A stretch of DNA of 64,000 bases from Pseudomonadota bacterium (GCA_027320085.1 DAHVLZ010000009.1:160001-224000); one strand, 5' to 3'. Numbered from the stretch's first letter, positions 1-13,103 are shown. Numbers and translations are program-made. The notes: a model not told the origin generated them from the letters alone.

Positions 1-617
1 CCCAGCACGACCCGGACGTTTCGAATGAGGACCTGAGACAAGCGGTCCAGGAACTCATTATCAAGCCGACCCTGCCTGCCGAGTGGATCCGCAAGGAAAC
101 CCGGATTCTCATCAATCCGACCGGCCGCTTCGTGACCGGGGGTCCCGCGGGAGACTGCGGACTTACGGGACGCAAAATCATCGTCGACACCTACGGAGGG
201 ATGGCCCGGCACGGCGGCGGCGCCTTTTCCGGCAAGGATCCTTCCAAGGTAGACCGGTCGGCCGCTTACGCGGCCCGGCATGTCGCCAAGAACATCGTCG
301 CTGCGGGACTTGCCCGGCGTTGCGAAGTCCAGCTGTCCTATGCAATCGGGGTGGCCGAACCGGTGTCCATCGCAGTCGAAACCTTCGGTACGGGACTCGT
401 TCAGAATACCCGCCTTGTGGAGCTGGTCAGGAAGCATTTTGATCTCACCCCTAACGGAATCATCAGGGAACTGGACCTGATTCGCCCGATCTATCAAAAA
501 ACGGCCGCCTATGGACATTTTGGCCGAATGGAACCGGAGTTCACTTGGGAGCACCTTGACCAGGTTGAAGCCCTGAAAGATGCGGCGGATGTTCGCCGCG
601 TCCAGCGCATCCGCTAA
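1..617 (+). CDS. metK: S-adenosylmethionine synthetase, 5' truncated by window edge
   Basis: Frame open from window start; [44 protein letters not shown] motifs. Confidence 0.98.
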   Translation, partial: QHDPDVSNEDLRQAVQELIIKPTLPAEWIRKETRILINPTGRFVTGGPAGDCGLTGRKIIVDTYGGMARHGGGAFSGKDPSKVDRSAAYAARHVAKNIVAAGLARRCEVQLSYAIGVAEPVSIAVETFGTGLVQNTRLVELVRKHFDLTPNGIIRELDLIRPIYQKTAAYGHFGRMEPEFTWEHLDQVEALKDAADVRRVQRIR

Positions 618-628
618 GGAGGACCTCG

Positions 629-2071
629 ATGTCATCCGCCACACGCCCACGGAGTGCCACACCCGTCACCGAAACGTCCGTACAGGATTTCCGCATCCGT
701 GACTTGGCACTTGCCCCCTGGGGCCGCCGAGAAATCTCCATCGCCGAGCATGAAATGCCCGGACTCATGGCGCTGCGACAGGAATACGCGGGGCGACTGC
801 CCCTCCAAGGTGCCCGTATTGCGGGCTGTCTCCACCTCACAATCGAAACGGCAGTTCTCATCGAGACGCTGATCGCCTTGGGCGCCCAGGTGCGCTGGGC
901 ATCCTGCAACATCTTTTCCACTGAAGACCACGCTGCGGCGGCCCTTGCTGCCCGTGGCATTCCGGTTTTCGCCCATAAAGGTGAAACGCTTGAGGAATAC
1001 TGGGAAGCCGTGGCCGAGCTGTTCGAGTGGCCGGATGGGAAAGGACCGAACCTGATCTTGGACGATGGAGGGGACGCCACACTCTACCTGGTACTCGGCT
1101 CCCGCGCGGAAGAACGCCCGGCGGCATTGGACCACCCGCAGAATCCGGAGGAGGCCGCTCTGCATACGAGCCTTCGCAAAAGGCTCGGCACTAAACCGGG
1201 ATTTTTCAGTTCGCGACTAGCTGAGGTCCGCGGGGTGAGTGAGGAAACCACGACCGGGGTTCACCGCCTCTATGACCTTGAGCGCCGCGGAGAACTTCCC
1301 TTCCCAGCGTTCAACGTGAACGACTCGGTGACCAAGTCCAAGTTCGATAATCTTTATGGCTGCCGCGAATCGCTTATTGATGGCATCAAACGGGCCACCG
1401 ATCTCATGATCGCCGGCAAGATTGCACTGGTACTCGGCTACGGCGAGGTCGGAAAGGGCTGTGCGCAGGCCCTGCGGGGTCTGGGTGCCACAGTTTGGGT
1501 GACGGAAATCGACCCCATTTGTGCACTACAAGCCGCCATGGAAGGGTTCCGAGTGGTCCGGATCGAGGAGGTCGTGGAGAGTGTGGACCTCTTCGTCACG
1601 GCCACCGGCAACATGCGCGTCATCAACCATGATCACCTCTTGCGTATGAAGCACCGGGCTGTCGTTTGCAACATTGGCCACTTTGATTCGGAAATCGATG
1701 TCGCCTCTCTCCGGCAATATTCTTGGACCTCTATCAAGCCCCAGGTCGACCTGGTGCGCCTGCCCGACGGCCGGGAACTTATCCTGCTCGCTGAAGGACG
1801 TCTCGTTAATCTAGGTTGTGCGACCGGTCATCCGAGCTTCGTGATGTCGGCCTCGTTCACCAACCAAGTGCTCGCACAACTGGCTCTATGGGAACAAGAT
1901 CTCCGGTCAGACCGGCGGGTACGGATCCTACCCAAAGCCCTTGACGAAAAAGTGGCTCGTCTCCACCTGGAGCGGCTGGGAGCAAGACTCACGGTGCTGA
2001 CCCCGGAACAGGAACGCTATCTCGGACTGCCCAAGGATGGACCGTTCAAGCCGGATCACTACCGCTACTGA
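629..2071 (+). CDS. ahcY: Adenosylhomocysteinase
   Basis: [39 protein letters not shown]-terminal [10 protein letters not shown]; RBS AAGGAGG. Confidence 0.98.
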   Translation: MSSATRPRSATPVTETSVQDFRIRDLALAPWGRREISIAEHEMPGLMALRQEYAGRLPLQGARIAGCLHLTIETAVLIETLIALGAQVRWASCNIFSTEDHAAAALAARGIPVFAHKGETLEEYWEAVAELFEWPDGKGPNLILDDGGDATLYLVLGSRAEERPAALDHPQNPEEAALHTSLRKRLGTKPGFFSSRLAEVRGVSEETTTGVHRLYDLERRGELPFPAFNVNDSVTKSKFDNLYGCRESLIDGIKRATDLMIAGKIALVLGYGEVGKGCAQALRGLGATVWVTEIDPICALQAAMEGFRVVRIEEVVESVDLFVTATGNMRVINHDHLLRMKHRAVVCNIGHFDSEIDVASLRQYSWTSIKPQVDLVRLPDGRELILLAEGRLVNLGCATGHPSFVMSASFTNQVLAQLALWEQDLRSDRRVRILPKALDEKVARLHLERLGARLTVLTPEQERYLGLPKDGPFKPDHYRY

Positions 2072-2090
2072 GTCAACCGACCCCTTATTT

Positions 2091-2870
2091 TCAGCGCTGG
2101 AGCCGTCGATAGGCGACGGCTGTGGCGATGCCGTATCCGGCAATTCCATAGACGACCAGAACGGCAACATGGGCAAAAACATCATGGGGGAACCGCCCGG
2201 TCAAAAGCGGGCGAATGAGTTCGATCGCGTGGGTCAGTGGGAGCAGCCGGGCGACCCGAACCACCGGGGATGGCAAGGCACTCAGCGGGAAAAACACGCC
2301 GGAAACCAATAGCAACGGAGTCAACAGCAGAATCATGTAGTAGACAAAAAAATCATAACTCCGTGCCAGAACCGTCATGATCATGGCCATCGCGCCAAAA
2401 GCGAAACCCACTAGAAAAATCACTGGCAAAGCCCAGAGAATCATGGCTCCCGACCAGAGCCGGAGCACGAAACCCACGATGAGAATGGCCAGAGCATTGA
2501 TGAGACCCTTGGTCGCAGCCCAGCTCACCTCCCCGAGAATGACATCGGCCGGCTCGAGCGGCGCGCTGAGGATCGCCTCCCAGGTTTTCTGCATTTCCAT
2601 GCGGGTATAGGCTGAATAGAGGGCTTCGAAGCTCGCCGCATTCATGGCGCTGGAACAGACGATCCCGGTCGCCAGAAAGACCAGATAGGGCAGATGATCC
2701 ATGGTTTTCACAAACTGTCCGAACCCGTAACCGAAGGCAAGCAAGTAGAGCAAGGGTTCTCCGAAGTTGGCGATCAGGGATGGGATCCAAAGCTTCCGCC
2801 AGACCAGGAAGTTGCGCATCCAGACCGCACTGAACCCCCGGCTTGGCAACCGGCGCCACAGCCCGTTCAT
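2091..2870 (-). CDS. ABC-2 type permease, NodJ-like
   Basis: Hydrophobic helices, EPLLYLLAFGYG, SGVFFP; overlaps the ATPase gene end. Confidence 0.85.
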   Translation of the reverse strand: MNGLWRRLPSRGFSAVWMRNFLVWRKLWIPSLIANFGEPLLYLLAFGYGFGQFVKTMDHLPYLVFLATGIVCSSAMNAASFEALYSAYTRMEMQKTWEAILSAPLEPADVILGEVSWAATKGLINALAILIVGFVLRLWSGAMILWALPVIFLVGFAFGAMAMIMTVLARSYDFFVYYMILLLTPLLLVSGVFFPLSALPSPVVRVARLLPLTHAIELIRPLLTGRFPHDVFAHVAVLVVYGIAGYGIATAVAYRRLQR

Positions 2871-3790
2871 TCGCGCAATCCACGGCCGGTCAAATGTAGG
2901 AAACAGTCCTCCAGGTTGCTTGGGCGCTCTAGGTAACGGGCGATTCCCAGGCGATCAACCAGGGAGGTGAGATATTCACGTTCGCTCGAATAAACCAGAG
3001 TGAGTGCCCCGACCGCTTCCACCTGACAGCGTTCGTGATCAAGCAGCGTACGATCCTTGAGAGGCTCCCGAATTTCGAGGACATGGCGTGGGAGAAACCG
3101 ATCAACCAAGGCGCGTGGCGTGTCCTCCGCCTGGATGCGTCCCCTGTCCATGATGGCGACTCGGTCACAGAGACGCTCCGCTTCCTCCATGTAGTGGGTA
3201 CTCAAAATGAGGGTCCGGCCTGCGGCCCGGAGTTCCTCCAGCCGGTTCCAGAGGTGTTGACGGGCATGCGGGTCGAGGCCCGTGGTTGGCTCATCCAAGA
3301 TCACAAGGTCCGGATCCTGGATGAGTGCACGCACCAGGGTCAGGCGGCGCTTGGTGCCACCCGACAACTCGCGTATGGGGCTCCGGAGCCGTTCCGACAG
3401 TTCGGCAAACTCGAGAAGCGAACGGATACGGTCGCGTATGGCAGCAGGCCGCAGCCCAAAATAGCGGGCATAGACTTCGAGGTTTTCCTCGACTGTGAAA
3501 TCGGGATCCAGATTGTCCGCCTGCGGAACCACGCCGATGCGGCGCCGGGCAAATCGTGCCTGCTCGGGGACCGGCAAACCCAGAACATGGATTGCCCCCG
3601 CCGAGGGTTGGGTCAGGCCCAAGAGTAGTCGCAGCGTCGTTGTTTTTCCTGCACCGTTGGGGCCCAGAAGGCCGAAACACTCGCCCCGTGCCACAGACAG
3701 GTCCAGTCCGTCAACGGCCGGGCGGCCCCGGTAACGCTTGACCAATCCTTCGATCTGGACAGCAGCACCCACGTTTTCCTTGGATTCCAT
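2867..3790 (-). CDS. ABC transporter ATP-binding protein, NodI-like
   Basis: Walker A GPNGAGKTT, LSGG signature, LDEPTTGLD, THYMEEAE. Confidence 0.9.
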   Translation of the reverse strand: MESKENVGAAVQIEGLVKRYRGRPAVDGLDLSVARGECFGLLGPNGAGKTTTLRLLLGLTQPSAGAIHVLGLPVPEQARFARRRIGVVPQADNLDPDFTVEENLEVYARYFGLRPAAIRDRIRSLLEFAELSERLRSPIRELSGGTKRRLTLVRALIQDPDLVILDEPTTGLDPHARQHLWNRLEELRAAGRTLILSTHYMEEAERLCDRVAIMDRGRIQAEDTPRALVDRFLPRHVLEIREPLKDRTLLDHERCQVEAVGALTLVYSSEREYLTSLVDRLGIARYLERPSNLEDCFLHLTGRGLRE

Positions 3791-3792
3791 TT

Positions 3793-3927
3793 TCAGCGGG
3801 TCGTCCTCTTGTGGCCACTGCGTTTGGCCTGACCTCGGGCAACAGCAGGTGGATGATGCGGTCGTGTGACCCCGTAGCTACCCCGCCAGATTTTGCCCCG
3901 GAAACTCCGCTTGTCACCCTTGCCCAT
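3793..3927 (-). CDS. thx: 30S ribosomal protein THX (bTHX), 44 aa
   Basis: N-terminus MGKGDKRSFRGKIWRGSYGVTRP matches the THX pattern MGKGDxxxxRGKIxxGSYGxxRP; G-rich RBS upstream. Confidence 0.85.
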   Translation of the reverse strand: MGKGDKRSFRGKIWRGSYGVTRPHHPPAVARGQAKRSGHKRTTR

Positions 3928-4243
3928 GGTCAACCCCCCTAAATGAGGGTCATTGTATCGGAAAGCGGAAATCACATCGACGCATTCGCCAATACGGCAA
4001 TCCAGCGGTCAGTCTCGATGAAAAATCCGGTTTGCGGCACCCGACCATTCGTCATATCAAAACAAAAATCCCTCAATGTGAACCACCGGGAGATTCTTCA
4101 AATCGTCGCTGCGGTCTGTAAAGTCAGTCGCAGTGACAATGCGGTCGCGAGTATCCTCCGGCGCCGAAATGTTGCCGAACGGAGAGCTCGGTTTTCTCCT
4201 GCAGGAAGCAACGAGTGGAGTGTTCTGTGGGAAAATCCCGGAA

Positions 4244-4894
4244 TCAGAGCACGGGCCAGACGAGAAAGATCAGTCCGAGAAGCACAATAAATCCGCCGCT
4301 CAGCACCTCCCCATAACGCTCAAACGCATGCGTTCGGACCTGATGCAGGCCACGGGCCGCATAAACGCACATGACGACATACGTCAGGATCGTGCTCGCC
4401 GCAAAAACCCCGGCCATGACACCGAGAAGCCAGACCCCATACCGGCCTGCTGCAAAAAAGGCCGGAAGCCCTTCGATCATGGGCGAAGAGCCCAAAACCA
4501 GGATGAGCGCCATGGCCCGTGAACGGGCGGGTGGTGAAAAATCGCTGAGGGTCTTTGTCCGATCCGCTCTGCCCGGGCTCGCAAGCTCGCGCCAAGCGGA
4601 AAACATCATCCACCCTCCAAACAGGACAAGTCCCAGACTGGAGATGCGCGAGACAAGGGTTCCATACTGTCGCGCGACGGCAACACCAGCAATCCACATG
4701 ACAAAACCGATGAGCAGAGTCGACACAACATGGCCCGCCCCCGCACCGAGAGCCACCCGGACGAGTTTCCGGGCGGGCCATTGTTCCTGGCGTGCCAGCA
4801 ACACGATCGGAGCCCAGTGATCGGGCACCACGGTATGCAGGATGCCGACCAAGGCAACGGCTCCGATTAAGAAGAAGGGCAGGTTAATATGCAC
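4244..4894 (-). CDS. Membrane protein, NiCoT/UreH/RcnA-like putative Ni/Co transporter
   Basis: About six TM segments, HTVVPDH (HxxxxDH) in TM1 and GHVVST in TM2; GTG start chosen by hydrophobic N-terminus. Confidence 0.55.
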   Translation of the reverse strand: MHINLPFFLIGAVALVGILHTVVPDHWAPIVLLARQEQWPARKLVRVALGAGAGHVVSTLLIGFVMWIAGVAVARQYGTLVSRISSLGLVLFGGWMMFSAWRELASPGRADRTKTLSDFSPPARSRAMALILVLGSSPMIEGLPAFFAAGRYGVWLLGVMAGVFAASTILTYVVMCVYAARGLHQVRTHAFERYGEVLSGGFIVLLGLIFLVWPVL

Positions 4895-4969
4895 CACTGC
4901 ACCCCAGTGAGTGGATGGATTCCTAATGATCGCACAAGCAGAACCCGTGGATTCTGCTCCGTACGCCTC

Positions 4970-4998
4970 TTGACAGCGCCCACCAATCCGGGTATTGT
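4970..4998 (+). promoter_or_regulatory. sigma70-type promoter for leader-metY-metX-hom
   Basis: TTGACA (4970-4975), 17 nt spacer, TATTGT (4993-4998). Confidence 0.7.
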
Positions 4999-5006
4999 CG
5001 CCCTCC

Positions 5007-5087
5007 ATGTTTTACCAATCCACCCACCCAACCGCACGACGTCGTCCCACCGGACGGCTCATGTGTTGCTGCTTGATGCGGCAGTGG

Positions 5088-5117
<30 letters not shown>
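5007..5117 (+). CDS. Cys/Met-rich leader peptide MFYQSTHPTARRRPTGRLMCCCLMRQWCGVEVLRSM (alternative start 5061, 18 aa)
   Basis: Short ORF between promoter and terminator; three tandem Cys codons plus a fourth Cys and three internal Met. Confidence 0.7.
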
Positions 5118-7638
<2,521 letters not shown>

Positions 7639-7660
<22 letters not shown>

Positions 7661-8772
7661 TTGTATCACGCTTCCAGCCGGACCCCTCCGGCGGTGCGGT
7701 TCCGGTGACCCTCGGAGTCTTTGGTCATACCGGGCAGGTTGGCCGGGTCTTGATCCAGATGCTCACGGCATCCACTCCTGGAACTAATCCCCCGAAATGG
7801 GTGTTCGGATTCCTGGCCAACCGGCGTAATATCCTCTGGCCCGCCGAGGACACCACATTTCCTGAAAACCGCCAAGGTGATGACTTTATTTTCATCCTGG
7901 AGCGTTTCCTGCGAACCCCAGGACCCAAAATTCTGATCGACTGCACGGCCGATGAATCGCTGCCAAAGCTTTACCCGTACCTTCTCGCCCGCGACATTCC
8001 GGTCGTCACACCGAACAAGCACGCGTTCAGTGGGCCCCAGTCTTTCTACAACGAGCTGAAACGTCAGAATGGGAGCCTTGGGATCTGCCACTATGAAACC
8101 ACGGTCGGTGCGGCACTGCCCATCTTGTCGACAATCCGGGCACTCCGCGAGAGTGGTGATCGGATCCGGAAGTTCGAGGCAGCCCTATCGGGAACCTGGT
8201 CGTATATTCTCCATCAACTCCATCAAGGCCTACCGTTCGCGCAAACAGTCCGTCGGGCCCGGGATCTGGGAATGACCGAGCCGCATCCCCAAGCAGATCT
8301 CGCCGGGATGGATCTCCATCGCAAGACACTCATTCTTATGCGGGAAGCGGGGTACCAGATTGAACCGGACGACGTGCCGCTACCCCGTTGGATTCCAGGT
8401 GTGACGTTCAGACCAGGGCTTGACCGGGAGCTCTTTTTAAATGATCTTGTAAGACAGGATCCACTCTGGTCTGCGGCCATCCAAGAGACCCGAAAACGGA
8501 GGGAGAAACTGGTTCTCCTGATCCGGTTTGACGACCACCAAGGCGCGACGCTCGGTCTCGTTTCCCTACCAGCGGGAAATGCCTTTGCCGAACTGAGACC
8601 CGCAGAAAACCGATTGGAAATCTGGACCGATCGCTACCACAGCATTCCGCTTTCAATCGCCGGCCCGGGGGCAGGAGCTGAAATCACAGCCTTTGGCCTC
8701 TTCCAGGAATTGTTGCGAGTCATTGCCCGGATCCATCAAGTCCATCGCGATCTGTCCTCCTGCGCACCGTGA
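7639..8772 (+). CDS. hom: Homoserine dehydrogenase (no aspartokinase domain); start uncertain
   Basis: GxxGxxG-like GHTGQVG, VVTPNK, YETTVGAALP, GPGAGAEITA. Confidence 0.85.
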
Positions 8773-8816
8773 AAAGCCGGCCTACCAATCCCGGGTGGCG
8801 ATGTCGTCGAGGCCAC

Positions 8817-9575
8817 TCATTGACACTTGGAGTCCCCACAGTTCAGACAGGTCATACAGCCATCCATCATCACGACTGCAGCCGTACTGCACTTCGTGCA
8901 CAGCTGGGCTCCCACGGGAAAATTAGACTGGGCAAAGGCGTCCTGCTGCTGGCGGGCGGCCTCGAACTCGGCGCGCTTTTCCGCAATCAATCTCTGTTGG
9001 GCTTCATCGGGCTCTTCCTTCCGCATGAGGCCGATACTCACCAGATGTTTCTCGATGACGTCGCCAATCTCTGCGATGAGCGAAGGCATGAACCGACCGC
9101 CGGGTTTCCAATATCCCCCACGGGGATCAAAAACCGCCTTGAGTTCCTCGACCATAAAGGTCACATCGCCCCCCTTTCTAAATACGGCACTGATGATCCG
9201 TGTCAACGCCACAATCCACTGGTAGTGATCCAGGTTCTTGGAATTGATGAAAATCTCGAATGGACGACGTTGCTCGTAGGGAGTACCCTCGTTGAGCACG
9301 ATGTCATTGATTGTGATGTACATCGCGTGATCAGAGACCGGGGTCTTGACCTTGTAGGTTGAGCCCAGCAGCAGATCCGGGCGCTCGAGCTTCTCATGCA
9401 TCCGGATCACTTCTCCCTTGGGTCGCCGTTCGGGGATATGCCCCTCACTGGGCCTGGCTGGCGCGTTGGCTATCTCGGGCATGGCTCCGTGGTTTCGGCC
9501 GGTCGAGACTTGGGAGCCCTCTTCCGGCTTTTGCACCGCGTACTGGGTGATCTTTTTTTCAATCTTGATTGTCAT
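8817..9575 (-). CDS. nrdJb: Class II ribonucleotide reductase small subunit (TSCPD domain, C-terminal Cys cluster)
   Basis: RPFEIFINSKN, ELKAVFDPRGG, CTKC..CMTCLNCGDSKC; directly downstream of nrdJa. Confidence 0.9.
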   Translation of the reverse strand: MTIKIEKKITQYAVQKPEEGSQVSTGRNHGAMPEIANAPARPSEGHIPERRPKGEVIRMHEKLERPDLLLGSTYKVKTPVSDHAMYITINDIVLNEGTPYEQRRPFEIFINSKNLDHYQWIVALTRIISAVFRKGGDVTFMVEELKAVFDPRGGYWKPGGRFMPSLIAEIGDVIEKHLVSIGLMRKEEPDEAQQRLIAEKRAEFEAARQQQDAFAQSNFPVGAQLCTKCSTAAVVMMDGCMTCLNCGDSKCQ

Positions 9576-9612
9576 GAGCATTTCGCCATCAGAATGGGTT
9601 GCGTTTGGGGAT

Positions 9613-12600
9613 TCAGAAACGTCCGTAGTAGCCTTCCTTGAGTGCATCATAAAGGTTAGCGGCCGTGTGGATCTCGCCGTCGTACTCGATTTCCTCGTCA
9701 CCACGGGCCTCAACGACCGTGCCATCCTCAAGTGTAAAACGGTATCGGGTATTTTTGAGGTCCTGCTCCTTGACTAGAACACCCTGAAATGCCTCGGGGT
9801 TGAACCGAAATGTCGTACAGCCTTTGAGCCCCTCTTCGTATGCATACAGGTAGATATCTTTGAACTGATCGTAGGGATAGTCAGTCGGCACGTTGGCAGT
9901 TTTTGAAATCGAGGAGTCAATCCATTTCTGTGCGGCCGCCTGGATATCGACATGCTCGCGCGGTGTAATGTGTTCCGCGGTCACAAAATATCCGGGCAGA
10001 CCCTGTTCTGGCCGGTCCGACCCCGGAGCGGCATGGGGATTGACAAGGGTCCGGTAGGCCAGAAGCTCAAAGGAATAGACTTCGATCTTTTCCTTGCTTT
10101 TCTTTCCTTCCCGGATCACATTCCGGAAGTAGGAATGGGCAAAGGAGGGCTCGATTCCATTGGACGCATTATTTGCGAGCGCCAGGGAAATGGTTCCCGT
10201 GGGCGCAATCGAGGTGTGGTGGGTGAACCGGGCACCGGTCTGGGCCAATGCTGCAACCAGGTCCGGCGCCACTTGCGCCACTCGCTGCATATAACGGCTA
10301 TAGCGGGCATGGAGTTCCCGCCCGGGGATCCGGTCGCCCACTTTCCAGCCATCGGCAGCCATTTCCGGCCGTTTTCGCAGCACTTCCTCGGTAACGGGAA
10401 ACTCTTCCGTCATGATTGGAGCCGGTCCTTTTTCACGTGCCAGATCCAGCGCTTCCTCCCACCCCGCAATGGCCATCTCGCGTGAAACCTTTTCCGTAAA
10501 ACGGACGGACTCCGGTGATCCGTAGCGGAGGCCCATCATGGTGAGAGCCGAGCCGAGCCCCAGATATCCCATGCCGTGACGCCGCTTGCGCTGAATTTCA
10601 TCCTGTTGATGTTCAAGTGGCAATCCATTGATCTCAACCACATCATCCAGCATCCGGGTGAACACTTTAACCACCTCCCGGTACTCCTCCCAGTCAAATC
10701 GAGCCGCGGGAGTGAAAGGCTCCTGGACAAAACGGGTCAGGTTGACCGACCCGAGCAGACAGGAGCCATACGGTGGGAGGGGCTGCTCGCCGCAAGGATT
10801 GGTAGCGCGAATGTTCTCGCACCACCAGTTGTTGTTCATCTCATTGACTTTATCGATCAGCACAAAACCCGGCTCCGCAAAATCGTAGGTCGAAGTCATG
10901 ATGAGGTCCCAGAGCCGCCGCGCATGGATTCGCTTGTAAACCTTGCAGGCCACCAAACCGCACTCGTTTCGGACATAGCCTTCGGTTTGCGGCCATTCCT
11001 TCCAGACCACTTGCTCCGGATTATTGAGGTCGAGGTTTCCGGACTCGGCTTCCTTCTTGTCGATAGGAAACACGAGCGGCCATTCAACATCTCCCTTAAC
11101 CGCCTCCATAAAGTCGCGGGTGATGAGAAGGGACAGATTGAACTGCCTCAGACGTCCGTCTTCGCGTTTCGCACGGATGAACTCAAGGACATCGGGATGT
11201 CCCACATCAAAGGTGCCCATCTGTGCACCTCGCCGTCCACCCGCCGAGGAAATCGTAAAACACATGCGATCGTAGATATCCATGAAGGACAAGGGTCCGG
11301 AGGTATAGGCTCCCGCACCCGAAACGTAGGCACCCCGGGGACGCAGGGTCGAGAACTCATAGCCGATCCCGCAGTTGTGGATGACCACGAGCCCACCCTT
11401 TCCGGCCAGATAGTTGTTATGGTCCGCGACATGGAAATCGTAGAACGTTTCGGGAAGAGGCAAGTCCCGGTGGAGGGCACTGACCGGGATCAGGGTGCGG
11501 GCCAGCGATACCAAGGCTTCAAGATCAGGGAATCGTCTCTCCCAGTGATCAAGGTCCTCGCGGGTGGCGGTCCACCCCGCTTCTGTCCGGCGCGGGACGC
11601 CCATTGCTTGGCGCTCGGCCGGCGACAGGAGGGCGGTCTCCGCCATCACATGCTCACAGAGGAGTTCCGGCAGGCAGTAGCGGGGCTCTTCTTGCCTATC
11701 CCGCCTGACATCGGCCAACCACTGGAATCGTTCGCCAACGGCACGTTGCCTGGAATATCTCGACACGACAGCGAGGAATGCCGTATACCGGATTTCGAAA
11801 TCCGCTCTCATCTGGTCACCACTCGCCGGCCGGATTTCGCTCGGCACACCAAACCAAGCCGCGAGCGCTTGAAGTTCCCGGGACAGGGACTCGGGCATGC
11901 TCAGCACCAAGCGACCCTTCTCAGGGCACCAGCCGCCCACTCCATCTCCAAGTCCGGCAAGGAAAGGCAGGAAATACCGACCAGGATTAAGCCGTACGCC
12001 CTCTGGAACAGCATAGGTTGGAGACTGCTGCACAACCTGATGCTCACGGGCGGACAGTTCCATCCCGGACTCATCCCAGACCGGCCCACCGGCTATAGCG
12101 GCTCCGGCCAAAAGGGGCGCGCCATCCCAACCGAAAACGGTCCGGTGTAGGGCCCCACGGATCGGGTGTAAACGTCCCGCCAACCCTAAACCCCGGATCC
12201 GGGCACGAGCCCTCCCAGCCCAGCGGGATCCGCCCAGACTACGAGCCAGATGGATCCCCGCGAGCCAAGCCAGTCGCGCCCCTCCCGCATCCGCCGTCCA
12301 GTCCAACCGGTGTTGGACCAGTGCTTCACCAATGCGGATCTCATCCGCACGAACATACTGAAGCCGACCCTCCCGGTACACCAAAACCGGGTGCTGGATT
12401 GAAGTTTGCAGATGGACCCCTCCGGCCACAATCTCGAGATTCTCGGTCCGCGGGACCCGCACCCTGAGATGGGCGAGAATTGGCCGCATCATGAACTGGC
12501 CGGTTTCCCGGTCATAGCTCAGAATCCGCGCATGCTGCTCGTCGACCGCGCGTTCGACTGTCACAAGGCCCTGGTCAGTTCGCACCCAAGTCCCGGGAGC

Positions 12601-13005
12601 CACACAACCGGCTTTGAGGGTCAAGCCAGCCTCGTGCACCTTCCCCAGAATGTCATCCATGGAATCCCGGATGGTTCCCGAAACCGTACAGTTGATCGTC
12701 GAGGTTGCCGGTTTGTGCTCTTTCGCACCGGCATTCGAGACAATACGTCCTGCAGGGATGGCACCGTGGCGAAGGGCCCAGAGAAAGCGTTCATACCAGT
12801 GCTCCTGCTCGTCCTGCTTCTCGACCGAGGAGAGGGCCCGTGCAATGCGCTGGTAGGTATCGTCCATGGTCGCATCCAGAATGGCGCCTGTCTTGGTTTT
12901 GAGCCGGTATTTCTTGTCCCAGATATCCAGGGAGGCTTCCTGTTCGGGAACTGTTGCGGAGCTGGACGGGGTGGGGTGCGGTTGGAAGTTCATTTTGGAG
13001 TTCAT
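9613..13005 (-). CDS. nrdJa: Adenosylcobalamin-dependent ribonucleotide reductase large subunit, intein-containing
   Basis: PAGRI, TINCTVS, GGRRGAQM, TNPCGEQPL, SIAPTGTIS, KGCTTFR. Confidence 0.95.
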   Translation of the reverse strand: MNSKMNFQPHPTPSSSATVPEQEASLDIWDKKYRLKTKTGAILDATMDDTYQRIARALSSVEKQDEQEHWYERFLWALRHGAIPAGRIVSNAGAKEHKPATSTINCTVSGTIRDSMDDILGKVHEAGLTLKAGCVAPGTWVRTDQGLVTVERAVDEQHARILSYDRETGQFMMRPILAHLRVRVPRTENLEIVAGGVHLQTSIQHPVLVYREGRLQYVRADEIRIGEALVQHRLDWTADAGGARLAWLAGIHLARSLGGSRWAGRARARIRGLGLAGRLHPIRGALHRTVFGWDGAPLLAGAAIAGGPVWDESGMELSAREHQVVQQSPTYAVPEGVRLNPGRYFLPFLAGLGDGVGGWCPEKGRLVLSMPESLSRELQALAAWFGVPSEIRPASGDQMRADFEIRYTAFLAVVSRYSRQRAVGERFQWLADVRRDRQEEPRYCLPELLCEHVMAETALLSPAERQAMGVPRRTEAGWTATREDLDHWERRFPDLEALVSLARTLIPVSALHRDLPLPETFYDFHVADHNNYLAGKGGLVVIHNCGIGYEFSTLRPRGAYVSGAGAYTSGPLSFMDIYDRMCFTISSAGGRRGAQMGTFDVGHPDVLEFIRAKREDGRLRQFNLSLLITRDFMEAVKGDVEWPLVFPIDKKEAESGNLDLNNPEQVVWKEWPQTEGYVRNECGLVACKVYKRIHARRLWDLIMTSTYDFAEPGFVLIDKVNEMNNNWWCENIRATNPCGEQPLPPYGSCLLGSVNLTRFVQEPFTPAARFDWEEYREVVKVFTRMLDDVVEINGLPLEHQQDEIQRKRRHGMGYLGLGSALTMMGLRYGSPESVRFTEKVSREMAIAGWEEALDLAREKGPAPIMTEEFPVTEEVLRKRPEMAADGWKVGDRIPGRELHARYSRYMQRVAQVAPDLVAALAQTGARFTHHTSIAPTGTISLALANNASNGIEPSFAHSYFRNVIREGKKSKEKIEVYSFELLAYRTLVNPHAAPGSDRPEQGLPGYFVTAEHITPREHVDIQAAAQKWIDSSISKTANVPTDYPYDQFKDIYLYAYEEGLKGCTTFRFNPEAFQGVLVKEQDLKNTRYRFTLEDGTVVEARGDEEIEYDGEIHTAANLYDALKEGYYGRF
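11374..12606 (-). mobile_element. Intein (411 aa) with degenerate LAGLIDADG homing endonuclease region
   Basis: Starts CVAPGTWV, block B TSIQHP, block F FYDFHV, ends IHN before +1 Cys; removal restores LKAG-CGIGYEFS. Confidence 0.93.
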
Positions 13006-13054
13006 TGGAAGACGGTCGCCGGTGTGGCAAGTCGGGAATCGGTTGGTACAACAT

Positions 13055-13103
13055 ACCACAAGATTTTGTGGTTATCTGGTGCTTGGACCACAACAGCTTG
13101 TGT
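13055..13103. promoter_or_regulatory. Tandem NrdR boxes
   Basis: ACCACAAGATTTTGTGGT (13055) and ACCACAACAGCTTGTGT (13087), 32 bp apart, just upstream of nrdJa. Confidence 0.8.

Noticed and set aside
615-629. SAH riboswitch expected before ahcY
   Set aside because: Only 11 nt separate metK and ahcY; no room.
3943-4290. 115-aa plus-strand ORF between thx and the membrane protein
   Set aside because: No motif or convincing RBS; overlaps the likely thx promoter region.
10576-12150. 524-aa plus-strand ORF
   Set aside because: Antisense shadow of nrdJa and its intein.
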